Positions 25,874-35,792 are shown, numbered from the stretch's first letter. The stretch: 64,000 bases of DNA from Bacteroidota bacterium (GCA_037139195.1 JBAXGW010000008.1:29516-93515), one strand, 5' to 3'. Program-made: numbers and translations. Notes: generated from the letters alone by a model not told the origin.

Positions 25874-26782
25874 ATGTCAATACAAGTTAGCAACATTACA
25901 AAACTCTATGGCGAACAAAAAGCGCTTGATAATATATCATTTTCTATTCAATCTGGTGAAATTGTAGGTTTTTTAGGTCCAAACGGAGCGGGAAAATCAA
26001 CTATGATGAAAATTATCACTTGTTTTATTCCTCAGTCAGAAGGCGATGTTAAAGTTTGTGAATTTGATGTTGTTACTCAATCAATAGATGTTAGAAGAAA
26101 AGTAGGTTATCTTCCCGAAAATAATCCATTATATTTGGATATGTTTGTTAAAGAATATCTCGAATTTGCAGGTGGGATTTTTAAAATTGCAAATTTAAAA
26201 AACCGCATCGACGAAATGATTTCTTTAACAGGCTTGGAACTTGAATACAAAAAGAAAATAGGTCAATTATCTAAAGGATATCGTCAACGCGTAGGATTAG
26301 CTCAAGCACTTATACATAACCCTGAAGTTTTAATACTTGATGAACCAACATCTGGTTTAGATCCAAATCAGATTGTAGAAATTAGGGAGTTGATAAGAAA
26401 TATTGGTAAAGAAAAAACAATTATGCTTTCAACGCATATTATGCAAGAAGTTGAAGCTATTTGTGATAGAGTAATTATTATCAATCAAGGAAAAATTGTA
26501 GCCGACGCACCTACAAAAGAAATTCATGCACTTTCTTCTTCAAAAAATATTATTCGAGTAGAATTTAACACTGCTTTCGATATTTCAAAACTATCAAGCA
26601 TTCAAGGAATTCTAAAAGTAATTAAATCAGGCGAAAACGAATTTCAAATTCACACAAATACTAATAAAGACATTCGTTCTGAAATATTTAAGTTTGCAGT
26701 AGAAAACAAACTAGAGGTTCTTTCGATGAATAAAGAAGAACAAAGTTTAGAAAATATTTTCCACCAACTTACTAAAAAGTAA
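25874..26782 (+). CDS. gldA: Gliding-motility ABC transporter ATP-binding protein GldA-like
   Basis: Starts MSIQVSNITKLYGEQKALDNISF..GEIVGFLGPNGAGKSTMMKI and has the signature LSKGYRQRVGLAQAL. The N-terminus closely matches my recollection of Flavobacterium GldA. Confidence 0.75.
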   Translation: MSIQVSNITKLYGEQKALDNISFSIQSGEIVGFLGPNGAGKSTMMKIITCFIPQSEGDVKVCEFDVVTQSIDVRRKVGYLPENNPLYLDMFVKEYLEFAGGIFKIANLKNRIDEMISLTGLELEYKKKIGQLSKGYRQRVGLAQALIHNPEVLILDEPTSGLDPNQIVEIRELIRNIGKEKTIMLSTHIMQEVEAICDRVIIINQGKIVADAPTKEIHALSSSKNIIRVEFNTAFDISKLSSIQGILKVIKSGENEFQIHTNTNKDIRSEIFKFAVENKLEVLSMNKEEQSLENIFHQLTKK

Positions 26783-26874
26783 AAAACACAATTCAAAATA
26801 GACATCATTTAAAGATTGTGATCTTTTGAATTTCTAGTTAGTGTTTGTCCATATAGTCGGCGTTTTTCAATAAT

Positions 26875-27003
26875 CAGCCTAGTGACTGTTTAGAAACTTC
26901 TTAATCGTAGCGAATAAAGTGTTAAAATTGAGAAGTTTACGTTTGCAAATTACTCAAGGGCAACACAACTTCAACGATGAGTATGGAGTTTATTGACAGA
27001 CTC
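26875..27003 (-). mobile_element. MITE-like repeat family B, copy B2
   Basis: The reverse complement reads GAGTCTGTCAATAAACTCCATACTCATCGTTGAAGTTGTGTTGCCCTTGAG...CGATTAAGAAGTTTCTAAACAGTCACTAGGCTG and is collinear with B1. Its first G (complement of 27003) completes the TAG stop of the DUF4249 gene. Confidence 0.8.
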
Positions 27004-27848
27004 TAGTTAGGGACAACTCCTTTTGCAATAGTAACATCAGAAGCATTGAACCAACCTAAACCACCGTTAGAAATATTAGTTTTAACATTTGCTGGCGGTC
27101 CACCAATTCCACCTTGATTCCATCGAGTTTCTATCATAAAGCTAATGATAAAATCGAAATAACCTTTTGTGGCTGAAATAGTCTCAACAGTGATAGTATC
27201 ACCAGGCAAAGCTGCCCCTGCAAAAATAGTAAATCCAGGCAAGTAGTTTCCATTTACCATATTATCATCTGAAAAAGCCAATTCATCAAGTGTATCTGAT
27301 TCAAGTATGCCATTTTTGTAATATTTCCAAACATAATAATCGCCAGTTGTTGATGGCTCCTGCCCCCAGCCATTTATTGCATAAATTGGCGGATATTTTA
27401 TACTATCAATTAGTTCAAATGAAATTGTGTCTAATGTTAGCACAGGTTTTAGCAAATCAGAAGCTGTATATTCTTCAGTTTTTCCATTTTTATCAATATC
27501 AACATTCGTTATTTTCAAAGTATAGGTTCTTCCAGCAATACCTTTAACATTTGCATCGGTATAATAAATACCTGAATTAGAAGGAATTTCAGTTAAAGGA
27601 AAAACATTTCCTAAATTATCGCTTATTGTAACTGTTGCACCACTAACTACAGGAGCAACTTGATTGTAGAAATAACTAGAAGACTCAGTAATAATAACTT
27701 TATGGGCTTTTGTTTCTGTGGTTATAGAACCTTCTACAACAATTCTTTTGTCCGAATCTTTAAGCTTAATATCTATCCGTTCTTCGCAAGAAGTAAAAAC
27801 AAAAATAGCAATTAAAAAAAGACAAATATTTATATAATAAGATTTCAT
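27003..27848 (-). CDS. DUF4249-like lipoprotein, partner of the upstream TonB-dependent receptor
   Basis: The lipoprotein signal ends FTSC, followed by RIVVEGSITTE as is typical of DUF4249. The start lies 13 bp after the TBDR stop. Confidence 0.7.
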   Translation of the reverse strand: MKSYYINICLFLIAIFVFTSCEERIDIKLKDSDKRIVVEGSITTETKAHKVIITESSSYFYNQVAPVVSGATVTISDNLGNVFPLTEIPSNSGIYYTDANVKGIAGRTYTLKITNVDIDKNGKTEEYTASDLLKPVLTLDTISFELIDSIKYPPIYAINGWGQEPSTTGDYYVWKYYKNGILESDTLDELAFSDDNMVNGNYLPGFTIFAGAALPGDTITVETISATKGYFDFIISFMIETRWNQGGIGGPPANVKTNISNGGLGWFNASDVTIAKGVVPN

Positions 27849-27861
27849 GTTTTCTAATATT

Positions 27862-30213
27862 TTAAAATTTGAAATTATATGTAATAGCAGGAATAATAGG
27901 GAATAAATAGGTTCGCCACGCCTGAGTTTCGGTATGATTATCTGGATTTTCTTTCAAGCTAATGCTATATGTATTATGTCGATTATAAGCGTTATAAACA
28001 GATACTGTAAGAGATCCATGATAACGTTTATTTGGTTTTTCTTTGCCTTCATAAGTCAATCCTAAATCTAAGCGATGGTAATCTGGAATTCTAAACGAAT
28101 TTCTATCAGAATAAACAGGAGCTACAACATTTCCATATACAAATCGTCCAGTTGGGAATGTAATAGGAGCACCTGAAGCATAAACCCAGGTAGCTGAAAC
28201 ATTAATCCGTTTTGTAAGATCATAACTCATAACAATAGAAATATCGTGCGGACGCTCGTAAGGAGCTGAATATGGATTTCCATTATTAATATCTTTAAAA
28301 GTCCTTTTTACTCTTGAATAGGTATAGCCAATCCAACCAGTAAATTTGCCTTCTTGTTTTCTAATTAAAAATTCAATACCATAAGCATTCGCTTTTCCAA
28401 ACCGCAATTCGCCTTCTATTTGCGGATTCATAAGCAGTTGAGCATGGTCTTTAAAATCAATTTGATTATGCATTTTTTTATAATACACCTCAATAGATGT
28501 TTCGAACATATTCTTTTTAAAATTTCTAAAATATCCAAAAGCAAATTGGTCGCCTTTCTGAGGTTTTATATTTGGAGTAGAGGGCAGCCAAATATCAAGT
28601 GGTGTGCCTACTGTAGAATTTGAAGCCAAATGGATGTATTGCATTGTTCTAGAATAACTGGCTTTGACAGAAGAGTTTTCGGTAAGTATAAACTTTGATC
28701 CTATTCTGGGTTCTAATCCGCCGTATGTATTAAAAATATCGCCTTTTGAATAAACTGTAGAATCAAGAGCATTATAATTTGCATCGAAATTATAAATAGT
28801 AGCTTTGCCCATATTTTGAAAAATTGAATACCTTAAACCATAATTAACAGAAAACAAAGCATTAAAAGCAACTTCATGCGACGCAAATATGCCATATTCT
28901 AAAGCATTAGATGCTGGTATTCGCATCTCGTTGATGAATGACTGCCCTCCTAATCCTTTTGTTATTCCAGGTTGAAATGTATGCATAGTTGCCGAAGCTC
29001 CAAATTTGACGGTATTGTCGGGATTTATGTAATAACCCATGTCTGCTTTTAATGTATAATCTTTAAGAGTAGAAGTCCATTTGAAACCAGAAACACTTGA
29101 TTCTACACCTAACCCATAGTTATAAATACTATTTATATATGAGAAATTAGAAAACAGTTTTTTAGAAAAAAGATGATTCCACCTAGCTGTGATTGTAGAA
29201 TTACCCCAGCTCATTTTAAAAGGATCAGTTTTGCCTACCGCAATAATGTCTCTACCATAATATCCCGAGAGAAACAAGCGATTATTTTGATTAAAAACAT
29301 GATTTAATTTAAAATTCAAATCATAAAAATACAATGTGTTATGTCTAACATCTTTATTTTTAGCAAAGGGCAAAAACAAGTCGGCATACGAACGACGACC
29401 AGCAATAAGGAAAGAAGTTTTATCTTTAATAATTGGACCTTCTAAAGTTAGTCGACTAGAAATTGTACCAATTCCACCTGTTGCACAAATTCGTTTTGAA
29501 TTTCCATCTTTTTGTCTAATATCTAATAAAGAAGCAAGTCTGCCACCATATTCAGCAGGAATGTCTCCTTTATAAAGTTTAAGTTCTTTTACCGCATCGT
29601 TATTAAAAACAGAGAAAAACCCCATCAAGTGCGAAGCATTATACACTGTAGCCTCATCCAGAAGAATTAAATTTTGATCCATTGAACCGCCTCTTACATT
29701 AAAACCAGAGCCTCCTTCTCCCGATGATTGAACACCAGGCATTAACTGAATAGCTTTAAGAATATCAACTTCGCCCATTAAAGCAGGAATTTTTTTTATG
29801 GTTTCCATTTTCATTAAAATTGTGCTCATTTGGTTAGAAGTAACATTTTCGTTAGTCCGTTCTGCTTGAATTACAACTTCTGATAAATCTTTTCTTTTGG
29901 GCAGAAGCTCAATATTAATAGAAGTGTTTTTTGATAAATCTATTTCAATATCATTAGACTCATAACCTATGTATGAATATTTAATAGTATATTTTCCAGG
30001 AATAAGGCTTATTGAATAAAAGCCGTAAACATTAGTTACCGTCCCAAATTTAAGTTCATTTACAAATAAAGCAGCTCCAATAAGTGCTTCGCCATTATCT
30101 TTATCTTTAATATATCCACTTAGGGTAACTTTTGCTATTTCTACTGGTGCCCCAGCGAAAGAAGAAAATGCAATTATTAAAAAGCAGCTTATTATTATTA
30201 TTTTTAACTTCAT
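27862..30213 (-). CDS. TonB-dependent receptor with a CarboxypepD_reg domain
   Basis: I prefer the start at MKLKIIIISCFLIIAFSSFAGA (30213); the track ORF extends to 30264. It shows LSGYIKDKDNGEALIGAALFV...YGFYSISLIPGKY, a plug, a barrel and a terminal ITYNFKF. Confidence 0.9.
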   Translation of the reverse strand: MKLKIIIISCFLIIAFSSFAGAPVEIAKVTLSGYIKDKDNGEALIGAALFVNELKFGTVTNVYGFYSISLIPGKYTIKYSYIGYESNDIEIDLSKNTSINIELLPKRKDLSEVVIQAERTNENVTSNQMSTILMKMETIKKIPALMGEVDILKAIQLMPGVQSSGEGGSGFNVRGGSMDQNLILLDEATVYNASHLMGFFSVFNNDAVKELKLYKGDIPAEYGGRLASLLDIRQKDGNSKRICATGGIGTISSRLTLEGPIIKDKTSFLIAGRRSYADLFLPFAKNKDVRHNTLYFYDLNFKLNHVFNQNNRLFLSGYYGRDIIAVGKTDPFKMSWGNSTITARWNHLFSKKLFSNFSYINSIYNYGLGVESSVSGFKWTSTLKDYTLKADMGYYINPDNTVKFGASATMHTFQPGITKGLGGQSFINEMRIPASNALEYGIFASHEVAFNALFSVNYGLRYSIFQNMGKATIYNFDANYNALDSTVYSKGDIFNTYGGLEPRIGSKFILTENSSVKASYSRTMQYIHLASNSTVGTPLDIWLPSTPNIKPQKGDQFAFGYFRNFKKNMFETSIEVYYKKMHNQIDFKDHAQLLMNPQIEGELRFGKANAYGIEFLIRKQEGKFTGWIGYTYSRVKRTFKDINNGNPYSAPYERPHDISIVMSYDLTKRINVSATWVYASGAPITFPTGRFVYGNVVAPVYSDRNSFRIPDYHRLDLGLTYEGKEKPNKRYHGSLTVSVYNAYNRHNTYSISLKENPDNHTETQAWRTYLFPIIPAITYNFKF

Positions 30214-30418
30214 ATTAAATGATATTTCCTTTTTAAAGATTGAAAAAACAAAAGTAAGTTGCATTTCTTTGATAAAAAATTTTTTTTCGGTAAAATGAAT
30301 AAATTAAAAGGTGAAAATTAAACATGAATTACGTATATAATTAGAAATTCAATCCATATTTAACAAATTTTAAATCAATGTTTACATATCATTAACAACA
30401 AGGCTTAGTATTTCTTAG

Positions 30419-30426
30419 TAAATTTG
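30419..30426 (+). promoter_or_regulatory. -7 promoter box (TAAATTTG) for the HMA-like gene
   Basis: TAnnTTTG match, 31 nt upstream of the ATG at 30457. Confidence 0.45.
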
Positions 30427-30456
30427 ATTCAAATATTAACTAAACCCTAATTAACC

Positions 30457-30837
30457 ATGAAAATTTTAAAAACTGTATTTTTGTTATTATTACCAATGAT
30501 AATGTTTGTTGGTACAACAAAAGCAACCTTTGTTAACGAAAACGAAGCTGAATTAAAAGTAAAAGTTGATTTCCACTGCCCAAAAGGGAAAGCACGTATA
30601 GAAGAAGGCTTAATGAAAGAAGCTGGCGTAATTTCTGCAGTAGCAGATTTAGAAACAAAAGTTGTAACTATTAAGTACGACCCAACAAAACAAAACAAAG
30701 ATTCTTTAGTTGCTGCAATTGAAAAAATTGGACACAGAACCGAATTTTCAAAAACTGAAACCCCAATTAAGAGTGCTTGTGAACACAGTAAAGAAGTTGC
30801 TACACCTGCTCAAACCACACCTGCACCAACTAAATAA
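30457..30837 (+). CDS. Secreted HMA-fold-like protein lacking the canonical CxxC motif
   Basis: Has a signal peptide. The pattern LKVKVDFHCPKGKARIEEGLMKEAGVISAVADLETKVVTIKYDP resembles a heavy-metal-associated fold, but only one Cys sits at the usual metal site. A strong terminator follows. Confidence 0.65.
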   Translation: MKILKTVFLLLLPMIMFVGTTKATFVNENEAELKVKVDFHCPKGKARIEEGLMKEAGVISAVADLETKVVTIKYDPTKQNKDSLVAAIEKIGHRTEFSKTETPIKSACEHSKEVATPAQTTPAPTK

Positions 30838-30854
30838 CATAAAATAAATAGAAG

Positions 30855-30892
30855 AAGAGTGATTAAGTTTCAAGTCTTAATCACTCTTTTTT
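30855..30892 (+). terminator. Rho-independent terminator after the HMA-like gene; possibly bidirectional, since pepP converges on it
   Basis: A 13-bp stem, AAGAGTGATTAAG / CTTAATCACTCTT, is followed by TTTTTT. Confidence 0.85.
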
Positions 30893-30940
30893 GTATATGT
30901 TTAAAATCTATTTATGAATTTATTATTGCTTTAATCTGAT

Positions 30941-32227
30941 TTAGTTTTTCATCAACTTCTCAATTTCATCAGCTTCAAAAGGTATTCCTACCATTAAATC
31001 AACAGAAATATCATCAACCATAATATCGTTTTCAATTCTTATTCCAATATTTTCGTCTTTGATATAAAGTCCTGGTTCGCATGTTAGCACCATTCCTTTA
31101 ACAAAAGGCGTTTGCTTTGTGCCCACATCGTGAACATCTAATCCCATAAAGTGAGTGGTGCCATGCATAAAATATTTTTGATATATTGGTCGAGTTGGGT
31201 CTTGTTTTGCTACATCTTCTATGGTAAATAAGCCAAGCCCTATTAATTCTTCTTCCATATATTTGTTGGTTTCGGAATTAACAAAATCGATGGTATTTCC
31301 AGGAACAAACAATAATTTCGCTTTTTTGAAAACACGCAAAACTGCTTCATAACATTGGCGTTGACGAGGCGTAAATTTGCCATTTGCAGGAATTGTTCTA
31401 GACAAATCAGAAGCATAATTACCATATTCTGCGCCAAAATCAAGCAATACCAAATCGCCATCTTGGCATTGTTTATCATTATTTTCGTAATGAAGAATAC
31501 ATGCACTTTTGCCAGATGCAACTATTGAAGAATAAGCATCAGTAGCTCCATTTCTGATAAACTCATGCATTATTTCAGCTTCAACTTCATATTCCCAAAC
31601 ATTCGGTTTTGTGAATTTAAGCACTTTTTCAAATGCTTTTGAAGTGATTTCGCACGCTTTTTTAATTTGATTTATTTCTTCTTCTGATTTTACAGTTCTT
31701 AATTCGTAGATATATGGCGTAACTCTGCCATATTTATGAGTTGGATATTCTTTTTTTATCCAGTTAGCAAAGCGTTGTTGCTTGGTTTCAACTGGCGTTT
31801 TGTATTTAGCTTGTTCGTTGCTTTGCAAGAAAATATGTTCTGAATTGAGCATCAAATCGAGCAATACTGTTTCAAACTCATCCGTCCAAAAAACAGTTTT
31901 AATACCCGATAGGTTTTGAACTTCTTTTTTTGAGTATTTCGAACCATTCCAAATTTCGGTGATTTCATCTGTACGCTTTGTAAAAACGATTTCGCGATAA
32001 TTTTTATTCGGATGCTCTGGACAAATACAAAGTATTGTTTCTGCTTGGTCTAGACCAGTAAGATAAAACAAATCAGAACTTTGACGAAACATGTAGTTTC
32101 TATCACCATTTCTTGGCATTTCATCATTGGATTGAATGATAACCAAAGATTTTGATTTTTTAAGATATTTATTTAATCGCTCGCGATTGTTTATATAGAA
32201 ATTGGATGATAGTGGTTGATAACGCAT
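30941..32227 (-). CDS. Xaa-Pro aminopeptidase (aminopeptidase P, M24B family)
   Basis: 428 aa. Contains FRQSSDLFYLTG, DLVLLDFGAEYGNYASDLSRT, HGTTHFMGLDVHD and EPGLYI...GIRIEND, which are M24B metal-ligand motifs. Confidence 0.9.
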   Translation of the reverse strand: MRYQPLSSNFYINNRERLNKYLKKSKSLVIIQSNDEMPRNGDRNYMFRQSSDLFYLTGLDQAETILCICPEHPNKNYREIVFTKRTDEITEIWNGSKYSKKEVQNLSGIKTVFWTDEFETVLLDLMLNSEHIFLQSNEQAKYKTPVETKQQRFANWIKKEYPTHKYGRVTPYIYELRTVKSEEEINQIKKACEITSKAFEKVLKFTKPNVWEYEVEAEIMHEFIRNGATDAYSSIVASGKSACILHYENNDKQCQDGDLVLLDFGAEYGNYASDLSRTIPANGKFTPRQRQCYEAVLRVFKKAKLLFVPGNTIDFVNSETNKYMEEELIGLGLFTIEDVAKQDPTRPIYQKYFMHGTTHFMGLDVHDVGTKQTPFVKGMVLTCEPGLYIKDENIGIRIENDIMVDDISVDLMVGIPFEADEIEKLMKN

Positions 32228-32369
32228 ACAAAATTGTTTTTACAAATATAATATGAATTAATGTAAAATCATTTAGAATTCTACCTTTTGTATACATCTG
32301 AAAAACAGTTGTTTCCATGTTTTTAAAAAATAATTACAAATAAACTTGACTTATTCAAAAACATTCACT

Positions 32370-32377
32370 TATATTTG
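32370..32377 (+). promoter_or_regulatory. -7 promoter box (TATATTTG) for the ABC/GntR cluster
   Basis: TAnnTTTG match, 39 nt upstream of the ATG at 32416. A divergent match (CAAATATA at 32243-32250) lies upstream of pepP. Confidence 0.45.
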
Positions 32378-32415
32378 CAGTGTATTAATGACGTAATACA
32401 CTAAAACAATTTGAT

Positions 32416-33252
32416 ATGATAAAAATAAAAGAATTAACATTCGGCTATAAAAAGAACCAGCCTATTTTTAGCGATTTAAATTTATCGCTCAATGCTGGTT
32501 CAGTTTGTGGTTTTCTTGGCAAAAATGGTGCAGGAAAAACTACCTTATTGAAGCAAATCTGCGGACTTACTTTTCCTCAGAAAGGAAACTGTTTGGTTTT
32601 AGGATACAATCCAAAAGACCGCAATCCTGAATTTCTAGAAAAAATTTTCATAGTTCCAGAAGAATTTGAAATGCCTTCGATGTCTATCTGTAGCTATGAA
32701 AAATTGTATTCGCCTTTTTATAAAAACTTCGATCACAATCAGTTTGATCAGTTTTTAAAAGATTTTGAGGTAGATAAAAACAATAAAATTCAGAATCTTT
32801 CCTTTGGACAAAAGAAAAAGATCATGCTCTCGTTTGGTATTGCGACTAATACTCCAATTTTAATATTAGACGAACCAACTAATGGATTAGATATTCCTTC
32901 AAAAAGCACATTCAGAAAAATTGTTGCATCTACTATTAATGAAGAACGCCTGATTTTAATATCAACACATCAAGTGCGCGATTTAGACAGCTTGATCGAC
33001 AATGTAATTATTGTTCACGAAAATAAAATTGCATTCAATCATTCAATAGAAGAAATAACAAATAAATTATGTTTTAAACATATTGTTGGTGATTCTCAGG
33101 AGACTGATATTATCTTCCATGATAATTCTATTTTTGGAGTAAATGCAATAAGCAAAAACACAAACAATTGCGACACCAGAGTTGATTTAGAACTTTTGTT
33201 TGGTGCTGTTATCAGCAATAATAATACAATTATTAATCATTTAAAAAACTAG
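32416..33252 (+). CDS. ABC transporter ATP-binding protein
   Basis: Walker A is GKNGAGKTT, the signature is LSFGQKKK, and Walker B is ILILDEPTNGLD. Confidence 0.9.
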   Translation: MIKIKELTFGYKKNQPIFSDLNLSLNAGSVCGFLGKNGAGKTTLLKQICGLTFPQKGNCLVLGYNPKDRNPEFLEKIFIVPEEFEMPSMSICSYEKLYSPFYKNFDHNQFDQFLKDFEVDKNNKIQNLSFGQKKKIMLSFGIATNTPILILDEPTNGLDIPSKSTFRKIVASTINEERLILISTHQVRDLDSLIDNVIIVHENKIAFNHSIEEITNKLCFKHIVGDSQETDIIFHDNSIFGVNAISKNTNNCDTRVDLELLFGAVISNNNTIINHLKN

Positions 33253-33256
33253 AATT

Positions 33257-33994
33257 ATGGATGCAATTAAAAACTTCAATATACGACGGGTTTTTCTTCT
33301 CTTAAAACTCAATTTTATGACTAATGCAAAACCATTTTTGTGGGCGCTAGTTGGTTACGTTGGCATGCTATTACTTATTTTAACTTTAGCTTTTTTAAAT
33401 AAAAACTATAATCAAATGATGGCTATTACATCTTCCATATTTTTCATGTTTATTTTTGGAGGGATTTTTACTAGTTTTTCATTCAATAATATTCATAAAA
33501 GCCAACATTCATTCTCATTTTTAACATTACCAGCTTCTTCATTTGAAAAGTTTTTTGTTTCGTGGCTTCTTTCTTCAGTTATATATATAATTCTTTTTGT
33601 TCTTTTAAGTATGCTTGCAATAGCTATGACAAATGGAATAGCGTATTTTACAATTGGCTCAAAATTCGACTTCCCTGATATGTCTTATTTTATTAGTGCA
33701 GCAAAATATTATATGCTAATTAACCTTATTTATTTGTATGGTAGTGCTCATTTTAAAAAAGCTCAATTTATTCTTACTTCAGTTTTTTTAGGTGCATTCA
33801 CTGTATTTTTAATTTTAGCATCTTTTTTTCTTTTCAAATATTCTATTACAGATATTGACGTTAGAGAAACTATTAATTTCGATGTTAGCGTGTTCATATT
33901 CAATAGCATTTTATTCAAAATTGTACTTGGAGTCATTTTGCCTTGTTCATTGCTAGTTGCAACATATTTCAGACTTAAAGAGAAAGAGGTATAA
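33257..33994 (+). CDS. Polytopic membrane protein, probable permease partner of the ABC ATPase
   Basis: 245 aa with about six hydrophobic segments. It starts 4 bp after the ATPase gene. I recognise no family. Confidence 0.65.
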   Translation: MDAIKNFNIRRVFLLLKLNFMTNAKPFLWALVGYVGMLLLILTLAFLNKNYNQMMAITSSIFFMFIFGGIFTSFSFNNIHKSQHSFSFLTLPASSFEKFFVSWLLSSVIYIILFVLLSMLAIAMTNGIAYFTIGSKFDFPDMSYFISAAKYYMLINLIYLYGSAHFKKAQFILTSVFLGAFTVFLILASFFLFKYSITDIDVRETINFDVSVFIFNSILFKIVLGVILPCSLLVATYFRLKEKEV

Positions 33995-33995
33995 G

Positions 33996-34352
33996 ATGGA
34001 ATTTAAAGAAAGCAAATCAATTTATCAGCAAATAGCAGACTATTTGTATGAGAACATTCTACTCAAAAAGTGGAAAGAAAACGAGAGAATTCCTTCAGTA
34101 CGTGAAATAGCAGTGATGCTTGAAGTAAATCCAAATACCGCTTTACGTTCATTCCTAATATTAGAAGAAAGAGGAATTATCTTTAACAAAAGAGGTGTTG
34201 GGTATTTTGTTAGCGAAAACGGGTATAAGAAAACATGTGAAGTGGTTAAAGAAGAATTTTTAAATAAAGAGCTTCCAGAAGTATTCAGAACCCTAAAATT
34301 GCTAAATATCTCAATTGACGAAGTGAAAACCCTTTATGAACAATATAAATAA
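33996..34352 (+). CDS. GntR-family transcriptional regulator (short YhcF/YtrA-like type)
   Basis: I place the start at MEFKESKSIYQQIADYL (33996), 1 bp after the preceding stop. The winged-helix motif is IPSVREIAVMLEVNPNTALRSFLILEERGIIFNKRGVGYFV. Confidence 0.85.
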   Translation: MEFKESKSIYQQIADYLYENILLKKWKENERIPSVREIAVMLEVNPNTALRSFLILEERGIIFNKRGVGYFVSENGYKKTCEVVKEEFLNKELPEVFRTLKLLNISIDEVKTLYEQYK

Positions 34353-34362
34353 ATAAGAAGAT

Positions 34363-35154
34363 ATGAAAACAAGTAATAAAATAATTTTAGGTGCAATATT
34401 ATTGGCAACAATAATTGTACTATATATTCCAGTGAAAGTTATTGGATTTGTAAATAAAAGCGTTGAGGAATCTGGCAGTTTCGAATTATATCAGTATTCA
34501 GATACAGATGTAAGAGATTTTATTTCTGACAGTAGCTTTAAAACAACTATTGGTCAGGGAAATGAAGTAAATAAAACCGTAAATATTGATAAAAGTTTTG
34601 CACATTTAAAAATTTCAGGGGCAGCAAGAATAGAGCTTTATCAAAAACAAAATATCAGCGTAGAACTTTCAGACTATGAAAACTTAATCGCACTAACTGA
34701 AATAAAAGTTGTTGCTGATACGCTTTTAATTAAATACAAAGATGAAATAAATCTTAAAAACCTGAAAACGAAAGTAAAAATTTCATTGCCTAATTTAAAA
34801 TCTATAACATGCGAAAACAACAGAAATGAAATAAAAACTGTTGGAGACTTCAATTTCGATACTTTAGATTTGTCAGTAGCTGGATCGTCTAATTTCAGAA
34901 TGAGAGGAAAAGTAAATAATTTGAAGCTAAATGTAAGTGGCAAATCGTATGCACAAATCAGAAAGTTAATTTGCAAAAATGCATCGTATGATATATCAGC
35001 AACAGGCAATGGAACAATTGAGACAACTGTAACAGACACTATGAATGCTGAAATTAGCGGATATGGCAGAATTTTTTATAAAGGAACGCCCAAAAAGATT
35101 AATAAAAACATATCGGGTGGAGGTGATATTATTGAATATCCATTAACAAAGTAA
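34363..35154 (+). CDS. DUF2807/head-GIN-domain-like protein (putative adhesin-like beta-solenoid) with an N-terminal TM anchor
   Basis: Repetitive beta-strand pattern (ISGAARIELYQ..., VAGSSNFRMRGK..., ISGYGRIFYKG). This is a common partner of GntR/ABC clusters in Bacteroidota, as I recall. Confidence 0.65.
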   Translation: MKTSNKIILGAILLATIIVLYIPVKVIGFVNKSVEESGSFELYQYSDTDVRDFISDSSFKTTIGQGNEVNKTVNIDKSFAHLKISGAARIELYQKQNISVELSDYENLIALTEIKVVADTLLIKYKDEINLKNLKTKVKISLPNLKSITCENNRNEIKTVGDFNFDTLDLSVAGSSNFRMRGKVNNLKLNVSGKSYAQIRKLICKNASYDISATGNGTIETTVTDTMNAEISGYGRIFYKGTPKKINKNISGGGDIIEYPLTK

Positions 35155-35172
35155 ATTGAGTTTTTCTTCACA

Positions 35173-35206
35173 AAATCCTGTTGATTAAATATTCAACAGG
35201 ATTTTT
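35173..35206 (+). terminator. Rho-independent terminator after the DUF2807-like gene
   Basis: An 11-bp stem, AATCCTGTTGA / TCAACAGGATT, is followed by TTT. Confidence 0.75.
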
Positions 35207-35792
35207 AATGGTTTATATATCAAAAATAGTTGATAAAAATTTTATCTAGCCCAAGATATAGTGGTGATAAGAAAGTTTATTGTAATTCGTTTCAATAAAA
35301 AATTTATATGCAGAAAACAAGAAAAAACGAAAATCTAGCTAACTAAAAATCCTTAAAGCATGGCTAGCATGGAATTACGGAGTATAGTAAAACTGCTTTA
35401 CCTAATTGATGATAAAGACAAATATATTGTTCATTGGCACTAATGTTATGCTGATTATGTAAATCAAAAAACTTAAAAAACTCAAACAGTTAGATACGAT
35501 TATACACACAAAGATATTAGAAAGTGTTTATTCATATAGGACTTTCAAAAGAGTATTACAAATACAATGTTAATTGTTATCTTTTCTTATAAAATCATAG
35601 AGATTTTATAACCATAGAGAATACCTATAACGAAAAAGGAATCTAAATATAGACTCCTTCTTCATTATTGTATTTTCAAAAATTTGTTGCTGATGAGTTG
35701 CTCTATAGCAGAGCTCATTTTCTCTTCACCTTTAGGGGCGTAAAGTAAAAAATCTTTTAGCAAAAACATCAACTATTTTTGATATCATTACA

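Noticed and set aside
30447-30698. 83-aa minus-strand ORF
   Set aside because: It is antisense to the HMA-like gene, which has a signal peptide, a promoter box and a terminator.
35690-35718. CTGATGAG string followed by a hairpin, reminiscent of a hammerhead ribozyme core
   Set aside because: After the stem there is no GAAA element and no stem I / stem III arrangement or cleavage-site context. It is just a hairpin (ATGAGTTGCTCT-ATAGC-AGAGCTCAT), possibly a weak terminator for the S8 gene.
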